From Archaeoglobus fulgidus DSM 4304 (GTDB lineage: Archaea > Halobacteriota > Archaeoglobi > Archaeoglobales > Archaeoglobaceae), in NCBI RefSeq assembly GCF_000008665.1, contig NC_000917.1:1410001-1442000 (forward strand): 32,000 nt of DNA, read 5' to 3'. The notes beneath the pieces were generated by a model. That model searched no databases, had not been told where the DNA came from, and saw only the letters and a program-made list of their open reading frames with translations. The position numbers and the translations under genes are program-made. Positions 7,671 to 16,379 of this stretch are shown piece by piece (within the stretch, counting starts at the first letter, position 1; every line of letters starts with the position of its first letter).

Positions 7671-8303
7671 GTGTTGAAAATGAACGTTAAAAAAGCCCTC
7701 GTCATCTTAGTAGCATTGGCCTTGGTGGCTGCAGGCATTTATTTGTTAAAGAGGCCTGAGGAGGAGTTGAGGGTAAACACGGACTTGGAAAACGCAAAGC
7801 TCAGCGACTTCTGGAGTGCTGTTGTTAAAGCTGCAAATGTGCAAAACGAGACTGCCAACCTCGAATGGTTGCGCTTAAAGGTTGAGGATGGCAAGATACA
7901 CCTTCTCCACCTTGAATTCAACGGAAACGGCGTGGATGGAAGGAAAAGGGTGTATTTTGTCGATGTTGACTCAACTGGCAGGGTGAGAATTAACTCAGGA
8001 ACGGTTGAGCAGTCGATAAGCACGAGGCATCCCACAAAGGTATTCAGAGAACTCGACGCTCTTGGCCTTTACAGCATAGGAGGTAGCTACACTCTCAGCG
8101 TTGACTTCGAGTGGGGAGATATAGGGTTTGACAGCACAGTAACACCGCTTTACCTGCTTGAAAATGGTGAGCTGAAACCGCTGAGGGAAGTTGTGTTCCA
8201 CACCGACTGGCCAGTGTGCGAGATAGCTGTTTGCAAAAATGGCTGTGAGGTCTGGTTCATTCGGGAGGACCTGAGCAGGGCGAGCGAGGTCGTTTTTGGG
8301 TGA
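7671..8303 (+). CDS. Hypothetical membrane-anchored protein (210 aa)
   Basis: MNVKKALVILVALALVAAGIYLLKR; the likely start is the in-frame ATG at 7680. Confidence 0.65.
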   Translation: MLKMNVKKALVILVALALVAAGIYLLKRPEEELRVNTDLENAKLSDFWSAVVKAANVQNETANLEWLRLKVEDGKIHLLHLEFNGNGVDGRKRVYFVDVDSTGRVRINSGTVEQSISTRHPTKVFRELDALGLYSIGGSYTLSVDFEWGDIGFDSTVTPLYLLENGELKPLREVVFHTDWPVCEIAVCKNGCEVWFIREDLSRASEVVFG

Positions 8304-8375
8304 GGTTTAGGGATTTTTATTTAGCAGGAGGTGGCAACAGTCGCTGAAGGGAAGCTTAGAATTCGAGGTGATGAG

Positions 8376-8627
8376 ATGAGAGCGAAGTGGATATAACTCC
8401 TGCTCTTTTTGAACACGCTGTCTTTTCTAACCGTAATTCTGGCCTTCCCGAACCTCTACATGGGCGAGATGGTCTTTGCTGGCCTCGTCATCCTCCTGAT
8501 GCACTTTGCTTGCGATGTGGCGTCATTGAAGCTGGCCATTGGCAATACTCGCTCTATCCTTGGGAGAATCTCTGCCCGTTCTCAGCCTATCGCTCCCTTT
8601 TCTTTTCCCAATCCTCGCCGCCATTAG
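8376..8627 (+). pseudogene. Small membrane protein with an in-frame stop codon near its start
   Basis: GAGGTG RBS, ATG 8376: MRAKWI*LLLFLNTLSFLTVILAFPNLYMGEMVFAGLVILLMHF; the TAA at 8394..8396 is in the same frame as ORF 8409..8627. Confidence 0.45.
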
Positions 8628-8962
8628 CAGTTTAAAAAAGCTGAATCGGAAGGTTGTTGCGATGACAAACCTTCGACGGCAGCGATTGTGGACTGGCAGG
8701 GTCGCATTAAACGGGCATTCGCATGGCTTACTATAACCACCAAAACAGAATTTTAGCCCGGGGACAGATTTGGAATTTGATTGGAGAGACCGAAGGTCTG
8801 GATTCTGGCCGAAGACATCCCGCTTGTGCTATTACAATCTCGAACTACACACTACTGTTGGCGCGCATCTTATGGGAGGAGCTTCCATTCCTAAGTCATG
8901 AGCAATGCTTCCACACCGATATTTTTATATGCAGTGTGACATCAAAGCATATATCGGTTGAG

Positions 8963-9163
8963 AGGATGAAAGAGGAAACAGTCAAGGCCATAGAGATGGT
9001 AGGAAAAGTGCTTATCCTTGTCCCTTTGCTGGCCAGCTTGGTTCTTCTTCTATACTTCAACATAACAGGCAGCTCTGCTGAGATTGGCTGCGGTTTCTGT
9101 CTCGGGACTGTTATACTGGCAGGCATCGTTCTGGTTGGATATAGCGTAGTTCGGAGCAGGTAG
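8963..9163 (+). CDS. Small two-TM membrane protein (C-terminal part of ORF 8723..9163)
   Basis: [65 protein letters not shown]; start codon position approximate. Confidence 0.45.
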
Positions 9164-9167
9164 TTAC

Positions 9168-9401
9168 ATGATATTCCTGATTATCTCAGTTCCTTTCGGG
9201 ATTTACTCTCTCGTCATTTACAACCTTACAAGGAGAGCGCCGGGAAAAATGAGATACCTCATCCCCCCTTTGCTGACAGCAACACTCCCGGCATTGTATC
9301 TACCCCTGACAGGCTTTAAGGTCAGCTATGATCTGCTGCCCGTTGTTGGATACCTAACATATTCGCAGTTTTTGCTACTCCTGCTGCAGCTTCAACGATA
9401 A
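9168..9401 (+). CDS. Small hydrophobic membrane protein
   Basis: [51 protein letters not shown]... Confidence 0.45.
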
Positions 9402-9560
9402 TACTCGCTCCACTAATTGACAGGCTCGGAGAAGGCTTTCAGGTAACGAAAATTACCATTCTAAGGGACCCGTATCTGAACTGCCTCAGCTCTTCACGAT
9501 CTCTTCGCTGGTTTACGTTACTTTCTACGGCATGCAAAAGCTTAGAAATGGAGGTGGAGC

Positions 9561-10154
9561 ATGAGAGATAAATTGAACCTCCTAATATTTTTCATCGCAG
9601 CTCTCCTTATTGCCTTGGGGCTGAGATTCACGCCCACCATATCCTTTGCTGGCTTAATTTTGCTGCTTGCAGTTGTTCCAGCCTTGATGCTAAGATTTAG
9701 AGATTTTTTCTCTAGAGAAGCAGTAATTGCAGGAATCTTTGTTCTGGGGCTGGCTTTAAACGCACTCATCGGCGTTGCTCTGGCTTACACCAAAAGCATG
9801 GAGTTTGGAATGTCCCTCCTCTCTCTGCTCCCGCTTACCCTTGTGCTAACCGCGAACGTCTTTGCCACCTCCTTGGTGATAAGGATTGATGCCAGCGGGA
9901 AGGAGGTTTTTGCCTTCTACTTCTGGTTCTTGATTTCAGTAGGGCTGGCCTTTCTTTTCCTGCTTCCCACAGGAGGGAGTGCAGAAATTTCGCCTCGTGG
10001 AGCAGGCTGGTTCAGGTTTGTTGAGTTTCCGATTCTTTACTCTGAGTTGGCTCTGATACCCTCTGCTTTCTGCTTGGTTTTCCAGCGTGTCAGGACTTTC
10101 TTGTTTTTCTCCCCCTTCCCGTTGTTCTTGGATATGTCATGGAGTTCACTTTAA
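9561..10154 (+). CDS. Multi-pass membrane protein
   Basis: Preceded by ggaggtggagc RBS; 197 aa with repeated hydrophobic segments. Confidence 0.65.
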   Translation: MRDKLNLLIFFIAALLIALGLRFTPTISFAGLILLLAVVPALMLRFRDFFSREAVIAGIFVLGLALNALIGVALAYTKSMEFGMSLLSLLPLTLVLTANVFATSLVIRIDASGKEVFAFYFWFLISVGLAFLFLLPTGGSAEISPRGAGWFRFVEFPILYSELALIPSAFCLVFQRVRTFLFFSPFPLFLDMSWSSL

Positions 10155-10444
10155 CACAGCTGTGAGTTGAGGTTTAGAGAGCTTAACAGTAAAGTTTTCG
10201 GTGGGTTGGGCACACTCGTCCTGATAGATGAAGCTTCTAAGTCCCCTCTGCCTACTTATCCTAACTTACAAGTATCCGCAGCAGTTGGGGGCTATCATCG
10301 GGCACTCTCGGGCAAGTCCCCAACGGTCCCCTCCCAACGAACCCTTAATTCGACATGAGTTAACGAAACTGGCTGAAAACTTAATTTTTGCTATCTCATC
10401 TCAGATACTTTAGGCCATAAGCAGAAACCAGCGCCCAGTCAAAA

Positions 10445-10945
10445 TCATTCGGCCTCAAGGTAGCCCTTCAAAGCCTCCTTAATCTTCTCAGGCTCTGCAG
10501 AATCCAGGCCGAAGTAGGTGGCAAACTCCTCGGTTGTTGTGAGAATCGTGGACCTCCCCTTCTTCTCCGCCTTAACAAGTCCTCTCTCCTGCAGCTTCTT
10601 CACATGCTCGTAGCACTTGTTTCCCCTGATTTTTGCCACCTTGGCCAGAGTTATGGGCTGCTTTAACGCTATAACTGCGAGTGTTCTGAGAGTTCCCCTG
10701 TCGAACTCCCTGACGGTGAACCTCTCAACGTATTCGGCATATTGAGGCTTAACTCTCATCAAATACTTCTCTCCAACCTTTATTATCTCGATTGACGTGT
10801 CACGGGATTCATAATCTTTAATGAGCTCGCCAATTGCGTTGAGAATCTCAACCTTATCCTTTCCTGTTATCTTTCTCAACTCTCTAGCATCTACAGGTTC
10901 GGATGAGGAGAAGAGGATGGCCTCTACGATTTTTTTCAGTTCCAT
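10445..10945 (-). CDS. scpB: Segregation and condensation protein B (ScpB-like winged helix)
   Basis: MELKKIVEAILFSSSEPVDARELRKITG...IIKVGEKYLMRVKPQYAEYVERF...LAVIALKQPITLAKVAKIRG; typical ScpB organisation. Confidence 0.9.
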   Translation of the reverse strand: MELKKIVEAILFSSSEPVDARELRKITGKDKVEILNAIGELIKDYESRDTSIEIIKVGEKYLMRVKPQYAEYVERFTVREFDRGTLRTLAVIALKQPITLAKVAKIRGNKCYEHVKKLQERGLVKAEKKGRSTILTTTEEFATYFGLDSAEPEKIKEALKGYLEAE

Positions 10946-10988
10946 AAATCTATTGGAATTCTTTTATTTTTAAATCTTAGCTCGATTT

Positions 10989-11366
10989 TTGCTTGCCTCT
11001 GATGTTTTGAGATACCACATATCCAAAGGGGGCGTAGGAGAAGTTGTGGAAGGTAAGGGGTTCAGACACACAGTTAAGGCAAAAACGGTCGTGCTTTATG
11101 GAAAGCTGGAGTGCAACGTTAGGGGTTTAGTTTACGAGCTGGGGTGGAGAGATTCAATGCTTCATTCTTCAGCTATTCCTCATAAAGTCAGGAATGTTGG
11201 AAAAGAGAAGGCTATTTACCTGACTGTATGCTCTCCACCGGGTGGTGTGATGGGAAGTGAGCCTTTGAGTTATTTTCAGCTACAGGAGTCAGGTTGTGGG
11301 CTTGTTGAGAGGTTTAAGGGGTTTAAGCCCAGTGATGTTTGTGATTTAGAAACGTTAGATCGGTAA
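10989..11366 (+). CDS. Small cupin-like protein (tentative)
   Basis: LHSSAIPHKVRNVGKEKAIYLTVCSPPGG resembles the second cupin motif; weak. Confidence 0.35.
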   Translation: MLASDVLRYHISKGGVGEVVEGKGFRHTVKAKTVVLYGKLECNVRGLVYELGWRDSMLHSSAIPHKVRNVGKEKAIYLTVCSPPGGVMGSEPLSYFQLQESGCGLVERFKGFKPSDVCDLETLDR

Positions 11367-11389
11367 AATTGTGTTCTTTTGGTTGTTGC

Positions 11390-11812
11390 GACATTTGGCA
11401 TGAAGTACGCTAAACCCTATCAAAAAGATTACAGAAAGCCAGAGAGTGCTGAAGAGGAGTTTAAAACGCACGTCACTTCGTGACGGCGCTCTGTTCTTCG
11501 CAGTGTGAAACTTAAGTGAGGCTGAAATTTGTCAATTGGACGTAATAGAATTCATCGATGAGATGGCAGTCGAAGCTAATGCAAATACAGCAAGATTATG
11601 GAGCTTTGGAAAGCCCATTAAAAGGGCTAAAGCTAAGGTTTCAGGGTTTCACAGCATAAACGGAGAAAGCGTGGTAGAATTTCCCGAGAGCAATAAGGCT
11701 GAAGACTTCATATTTTTCTCAGGAAGATAAGAGAGGAAAATCCTGATAAAGGGAACATAATCGTTCTCGATAATTTCAGAACACATCACGCCAAATCATA
11801 AAACGTCAAATC
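11390..11812 (+). pseudogene. Degraded IS630-family DDE transposase
   Basis: Fragments in several frames: FGMKYAKPYQKDYRKPESAEEEFKTHV; FIDEMAVEANANTARLWSFGKPIKRAKAKVSGFHSINGESVVEFPESNKAEDFIF; KIREENPDKGNIIVLDNFRTHHAKS*. Arranged as in IS630 DDE (first D 'DE', second D 'vlDNfrtHhak'). Confidence 0.65.
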
Positions 11813-12199
11813 CACTGGCCCATGTATGCAAAAAGCCCCGGATTTGAAAGAATGCCTGCAACGATTCCCGTCAGAGTTGCGGTTCTGAGGTCTGATTTCT
11901 TCACAAGCTTCAAAATGAAGGCAGTGTAGGGGGCCATCAGGATGAAGGAAACAAGAAACAGCGCCAGAACGTGAGATAGATTCAGTGAAAGAGTCGATAA
12001 AGAGCCCACCGACAGTAATCAGAAAGACAGCAGGAAGAAAGGCCCTTCCAAGACTCTGCCGCATTACCTTCAGCACAGGGTCGGCCATTGCAGGCTTTAT
12101 AGCAAGCAGAAGTGGCAGGAACTTGCTTTTCCGAACCATGATTGCTGTTGATACAGGACACATTAAAACTATGCTTTGAACAAAGCTCCATATCCCCAC
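11806..12199 (-). pseudogene. Membrane protein split by frameshift (possible gate/permease-type)
   Basis: 12199-side frame MGIWSFVQSIVLMCPVSTAIMVRKSKFLPLLLAIKPAMADPVLKVMRQSLGRAFLPAVFLITVGGLFIDS. The hydrophobic continuation lies in another frame (MGSLSTLSLNLSHVLALFLVSFILMAPYTAFILKLVKKSDLRTATLTGIVAGILSNPG). Confidence 0.5.
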
Positions 12200-12223
12200 G
12201 ACTAACCAGAGCCCATTTTTTCA

Positions 12224-13396
12224 CTAAGCGGGAACATAGACAACTTCACAATTTTCAACTATTTTTCTCACGCCATACACGCCCTTGAAAAGTTCTCCAT
12301 TCAGAAAATACTCCTGCAATGCTGACAGGTATTTTTTGTCAACAGGGAAGTTCATGGCGAATTGCAAAGCGTCTTTAAGCCTCAATCTGCCTTTTTCGTG
12401 TGTAAGTTTCCAGTAGTCAAGCAAAATAGGATATCGCAGCCTGTAGGCACCTGATATCACCGCCGTATTGAACTGCGGATTGTTGAATGCCCAGTAACCT
12501 ATACCATATTTTTTACACAGCTCAGAGACTTTTTTCTCCAGTTTATAGTGCTCTTTTTCAGATGTGGTTATTCTTGCTCCAAGCTTTCGTCCACTTTCAA
12601 AATACCTCTTTTCGTATAGGGGTATCAGAGAGGAATACCTTTCGCTTGATTTAAACACCTTTTTGAGTCTGTTCCATATAAATCCAGATATCTCAAGGGG
12701 CGCCATTATTACATTTCCAACTCCTGCTTCAGCAGCGTCCCTTATTATTCTCTCTACGTCTTCATCTGTTACGAAGGGAAAGTAAGGAGTTATGTGGAGG
12801 TAGGTATCAACTCCAATTTCAGACAGCCTCTGCAACGTAAGAATTCTTTCTTTCTGCCTAATCGGGGAACGCACAAACTTGCTTCTTGGAACAAGTGGCT
12901 CCACGAGTCTCGTAAACTCATTATCGTAGGAGGTGACTGTCATGCCAACTCCTATAAGCTCTCTTTCAGCCAATTTCTCAATAATATCTATATCATTCAG
13001 TATTAAGGGCGATTTTGTTTCTATAAAACACGGAAAGTCGTGCTTGTAACATATTTCAAGCAATTTTCTGGTTAATCTGTAATTCGTCTCAACTGGCTGA
13101 TACGTGTCTGAAATGTTACCAATTACAATAACGCTCTTCCTTTTTCTTTGCTCATACTTAGCTATCTCCTTCTCGAAAATCTCAGGAGCATTCTTTTTCA
13201 CATAAATCTCCTTTGAAAAAAGGTTTGGACTCGAACGCATGTAGTAGTGAGTGCAGGCAGCATAGCAGTACACGCAACCATGAGAGCAGCCACGATAAAT
13301 GTTTGCAGTCAATCTGAACGGCAGATACCTCATGGAAAAGAATCCGTCTCTCATCCTGCTTATTATGGACTTAGCTCTTGTTTCAACTATCTTCAC
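12224..13396 (-). CDS. Radical SAM protein, spore photoproduct lyase-like family
   Basis: IYRGCSHGCVYCYAACTHYYMR (CX3CX2C), 390 aa. Confidence 0.8.
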   Translation of the reverse strand: MKIVETRAKSIISRMRDGFFSMRYLPFRLTANIYRGCSHGCVYCYAACTHYYMRSSPNLFSKEIYVKKNAPEIFEKEIAKYEQRKRKSVIVIGNISDTYQPVETNYRLTRKLLEICYKHDFPCFIETKSPLILNDIDIIEKLAERELIGVGMTVTSYDNEFTRLVEPLVPRSKFVRSPIRQKERILTLQRLSEIGVDTYLHITPYFPFVTDEDVERIIRDAAEAGVGNVIMAPLEISGFIWNRLKKVFKSSERYSSLIPLYEKRYFESGRKLGARITTSEKEHYKLEKKVSELCKKYGIGYWAFNNPQFNTAVISGAYRLRYPILLDYWKLTHEKGRLRLKDALQFAMNFPVDKKYLSALQEYFLNGELFKGVYGVRKIVENCEVVYVPA

Positions 13397-13466
13397 GCTA
13401 CCACTCTTAGATGTTTATGTAATCGCAGAACATAATTCTAATGGTCCGCTATCGTCAGCTAACCGC

Positions 13467-13907
13467 TCATACAACTCCCCTCAGGAAAAGCATAAAGACA
13501 CTCAAAATCGTGAAGGTAATGGCCACCACCAGAATCCACTTGAGGAAAAATCTTAAGCTGAAATCTGCCTCAGCTTCGAGCCTGAAAACCCTCGCAAGAG
13601 CAAGAAGCATGGCGGCCACAACTGCAAAAAGTCCAAGACTTTTTAGCTTTGGAACAATCACTTCACTTCCAGAAAAGAAATAGGCGAGGAAAATGGCTGT
13701 TAAGGCGGAAATCAGCATTACAGCAAGCATCTCCTTAAATCCGGGCTTCTTACTCCGCCCTAAAATGATGTAAACGCCAAAGGCGACTATCATAATCGCT
13801 CCAACATAAACAAAGCTCATAAAGTCTGCAAGTCCGTAAAGGGCGAAGCTGGGGGCAGCGTAAAGAATCAGCATGGTTAGTAGGACCATTGCACCTCTTC
13901 TCACCAT
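13467..13907 (-). CDS. Four-TM hypothetical membrane protein
   Basis: Hydrophobic 146 aa ORF. Confidence 0.55.
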   Translation of the reverse strand: MVRRGAMVLLTMLILYAAPSFALYGLADFMSFVYVGAIMIVAFGVYIILGRSKKPGFKEMLAVMLISALTAIFLAYFFSGSEVIVPKLKSLGLFAVVAAMLLALARVFRLEAEADFSLRFFLKWILVVAITFTILSVFMLFLRGVV

Positions 13908-14183
13908 ATTTAGTTTACCATAAAAATTTTTGCCCTATCTCACCATACCTCGAATCTCACTTTCACCATAAAACCCTTTTCTACCAACTCGGCGGATCAG
14001 CAAGGTCAGAATTTGAGAAAGATGCTGACAGGAGCAGAAATATCTGCAGAGCTTGACGCAGTAAATCTTTACGAATTTTAAACTGTTTAGAGTCCCCTTG
14101 AGAGTGGAAGCACGAATGGCTCTGATGAATAGAAGGTTAGAAAATGACGTAAGTGTTTTATATTTTAGTTCAAATCTACCTTT

Positions 14184-14522
14184 ATGGAGTTCTTAAAAAA
14201 TAAAGCCCTTAGATTCTACTCAAAAGCCCTTGAAAGTTTCGATAAAGGTGAATACGACTTCACGATGTTCTTCGTCGAGCAGACGGTTCAACTCGCCATA
14301 AAATATTTAATCGCCCGAAGATTTGGCGAAATACCTAAGACCCACAACCTTCGCATTCTGTTTGAGATTGCAGAGCAGGAAGAATTTTACAGGAACAACT
14401 TGGACGTTTTAAGGGAAATTGAACTTGCCTACACAGCATCGAGATACTTCGACGTTGAATACTCCAAGGAAATTGCGGAGAAAAGTCTATCTGTCGCCAA
14501 AAAAGTGATTGACCTGCTATGA
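14184..14522 (+). CDS. HEPN domain protein of a HEPN/MNT pair
   Basis: MEFLKNKALRFYSKALESFDKGEYDFTMFFVEQTVQLAIKYLIARRFGEIPKTHNLRILFEIA: HEPN N-terminal pattern. Confidence 0.8.
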   Translation: MEFLKNKALRFYSKALESFDKGEYDFTMFFVEQTVQLAIKYLIARRFGEIPKTHNLRILFEIAEQEEFYRNNLDVLREIELAYTASRYFDVEYSKEIAEKSLSVAKKVIDLL

Positions 14523-14848
14523 TTGAATACTACCGAAAGCTGAAGGAGAATGAAAAATTTTTTGATAATGCCCACGAGATAGCGAAGGAAATCAAAGAAA
14601 AAGCTAAACGAATTTTTGATGATTGCGATGTTTTTATAGTTGGTAGTTTTGCAAGAAAAAAGCACACTCTTAGCTCTGACCTTGACATATTGATTGTTTC
14701 ATCAAAAGTCCCGGAAAAAATCAATTTTGCAGAATACTGCAGCATCGTCAGGTCTCTGACGGAAGATAGCAGAATAAACATTCACCTAATCAACAGGGAG
14801 AAATTTGGGGAGATGAGAAAGTATTATGAACCGATGATTGAGATTTAG
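14519..14848 (+). CDS. MNT-type nucleotidyltransferase
   Basis: VGSFARKKHTLSSDLDILIVSSKVPEKINF...INIHLINREKF; ATGA overlap with the HEPN gene. Confidence 0.85.
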   Translation: MIEYYRKLKENEKFFDNAHEIAKEIKEKAKRIFDDCDVFIVGSFARKKHTLSSDLDILIVSSKVPEKINFAEYCSIVRSLTEDSRINIHLINREKFGEMRKYYEPMIEI

Positions 14849-15061
14849 CCGGGGTCAAAGTGCCTTAAGGCTTATTTCTCTGCGTTTTACCACCTTTGAA
14901 ATTCTCATTTCGGCTTGTTCTTTCGAATCACTGTCACATGTGACGGTTAGTCGTTTATATCCGCCGAATACTCCCATCCATACCCAACCAGAAACACCCT
15001 GCAGGAATCTCAACATATAAAACAGAAATCCGAATCTTACTAACCTCAAAAATTTAAGTAA

Positions 15062-16375
15062 TCAAAGCTGCAGAGCCTTCAAAAGCTCCTGCAGGTTGTT
15101 CTCCTCCGCATACTTTCTCAGGTCTGTGTAGCCCTGCATTGCCGCATCTATCGCCTGCCTGAATGCTCTCGCTCCAGCAGCAGGGCCATCGGGATGTGCA
15201 TGAATCCCTCCTCCTGCTGCAACAACGAAGTCCTTACCGAGCGTGTTAACCAGCTTTGGAACCATAATCGGTGCTATTCCGCCTGATGGCATGGGGAAGC
15301 AGGGCTTTATGTGGTAGAAGGGATATCTGTGCTGTTTTGCTACCTCAATGTACTTCTCCTCCATCATCGGAGCCTTTCCGTAAGGGGCGGGATAAACGAC
15401 AATATCTGCCCCAGCCAGCCTCGGAAGCTTTCCGAGTATAAGCGTGCTCCTCACTCCTGAAATCGGAGAGACGTAGTAGGCTCCGGCAACATCCATATGG
15501 GCCATAATGGGCACCTTTATGCTCTCATCCTCGGCCAAGGCTCTCAGCACCGGAAAGCCGGTGGCGAGGTAGTTGACCAGCAGACAGTTGGCGCCAAGCT
15601 CAATCGCCCTCTCCGCATTCTCCAGCACCTCAGGCAGGTCAGCGGTAACATTCACAGCGTAAAGCGTCTTCTCCCCCTTCTCCTCGTCGGCCCTGTCTAT
15701 GGCCTCCATGAATTTCGGCACTCTCTCTTCTATTCTGTTGAACTCTGGATTTGCAAGAAGCTCATCGTCCTTGATGATGTCCACACCTCCCCTCGCCACC
15801 TCGTAGGCGAGCTTTGCTCCCAAATCTGGCGGGGAGTAAACGTCGGGCTTTATCATGTTGTTTAGCAGCGGGCGATCTTTAACTCCAAGCACATCCCTGA
15901 CACCTTCAATTCCGAACTTTGGCCCCTTGAAGCCCTTTACGAACTCCTTCGGGAACCTCAGGTCGAGCAGCTTAAGCTTTGGAGCCATTGAAATGTTCCC
16001 CACAACGGTGGAAAACAGCATTGAGAGCTTGCTCCCTATGTTCCTCCACGGAAAGGCTATCTGCACGATGAAATTCCTCCAGTCCACCTCCTGAGGAACC
16101 ATAATCTCGTAGTCTGGAATTTCGTAAACGCCAACAACCTTTGCGACGTGCTTCCTCCTTACTTCAGGCGTCTCTCCCGGCACTGGAAGCCAAGTCCCCG
16201 TGCTCTGCTCCAAGGCGAGAACTTGAGTGATTTCGAAGGGATTCATCCCCTTCGGGAAGGACATGTAGTAGGTGCCGATGATGTACTCCTCTGGGTCGAT
16301 GCCCTCAGGCAGTGCTTCCGGATTTGCCTCAGGATACTCAAACTTCTGAAATCTCAGTCTCACGCCGAGCTGCAT
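15062..16375 (-). CDS. RuBisCO large-subunit family protein, probably a RuBisCO-like protein
   Basis: Strong family similarity: LLNNMIKPDVYSPPDLG, GGVDIIKDDELLANPEFNRIEER, PSGGIAPIMVPKL, VVAAGGGIHAHPDGPAAGARAFRQA. Confidence 0.9.
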   Translation of the reverse strand: MQLGVRLRFQKFEYPEANPEALPEGIDPEEYIIGTYYMSFPKGMNPFEITQVLALEQSTGTWLPVPGETPEVRRKHVAKVVGVYEIPDYEIMVPQEVDWRNFIVQIAFPWRNIGSKLSMLFSTVVGNISMAPKLKLLDLRFPKEFVKGFKGPKFGIEGVRDVLGVKDRPLLNNMIKPDVYSPPDLGAKLAYEVARGGVDIIKDDELLANPEFNRIEERVPKFMEAIDRADEEKGEKTLYAVNVTADLPEVLENAERAIELGANCLLVNYLATGFPVLRALAEDESIKVPIMAHMDVAGAYYVSPISGVRSTLILGKLPRLAGADIVVYPAPYGKAPMMEEKYIEVAKQHRYPFYHIKPCFPMPSGGIAPIMVPKLVNTLGKDFVVAAGGGIHAHPDGPAAGARAFRQAIDAAMQGYTDLRKYAEENNLQELLKALQL

Positions 16376-16379
16376 CCCA

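Noticed and set aside
10167-10413. ORFs 10167..10358 and 10228..10413 as genes
   Set aside because: No RBS, overlapping each other in different frames, unstructured composition; treated as intergenic.
15062-16375. Annotation as an active CO2-fixing RuBisCO large subunit
   Set aside because: The KPK-type motif reads KPD and the pre-loop-6 region is divergent; RuBisCO-like protein is the safer call.
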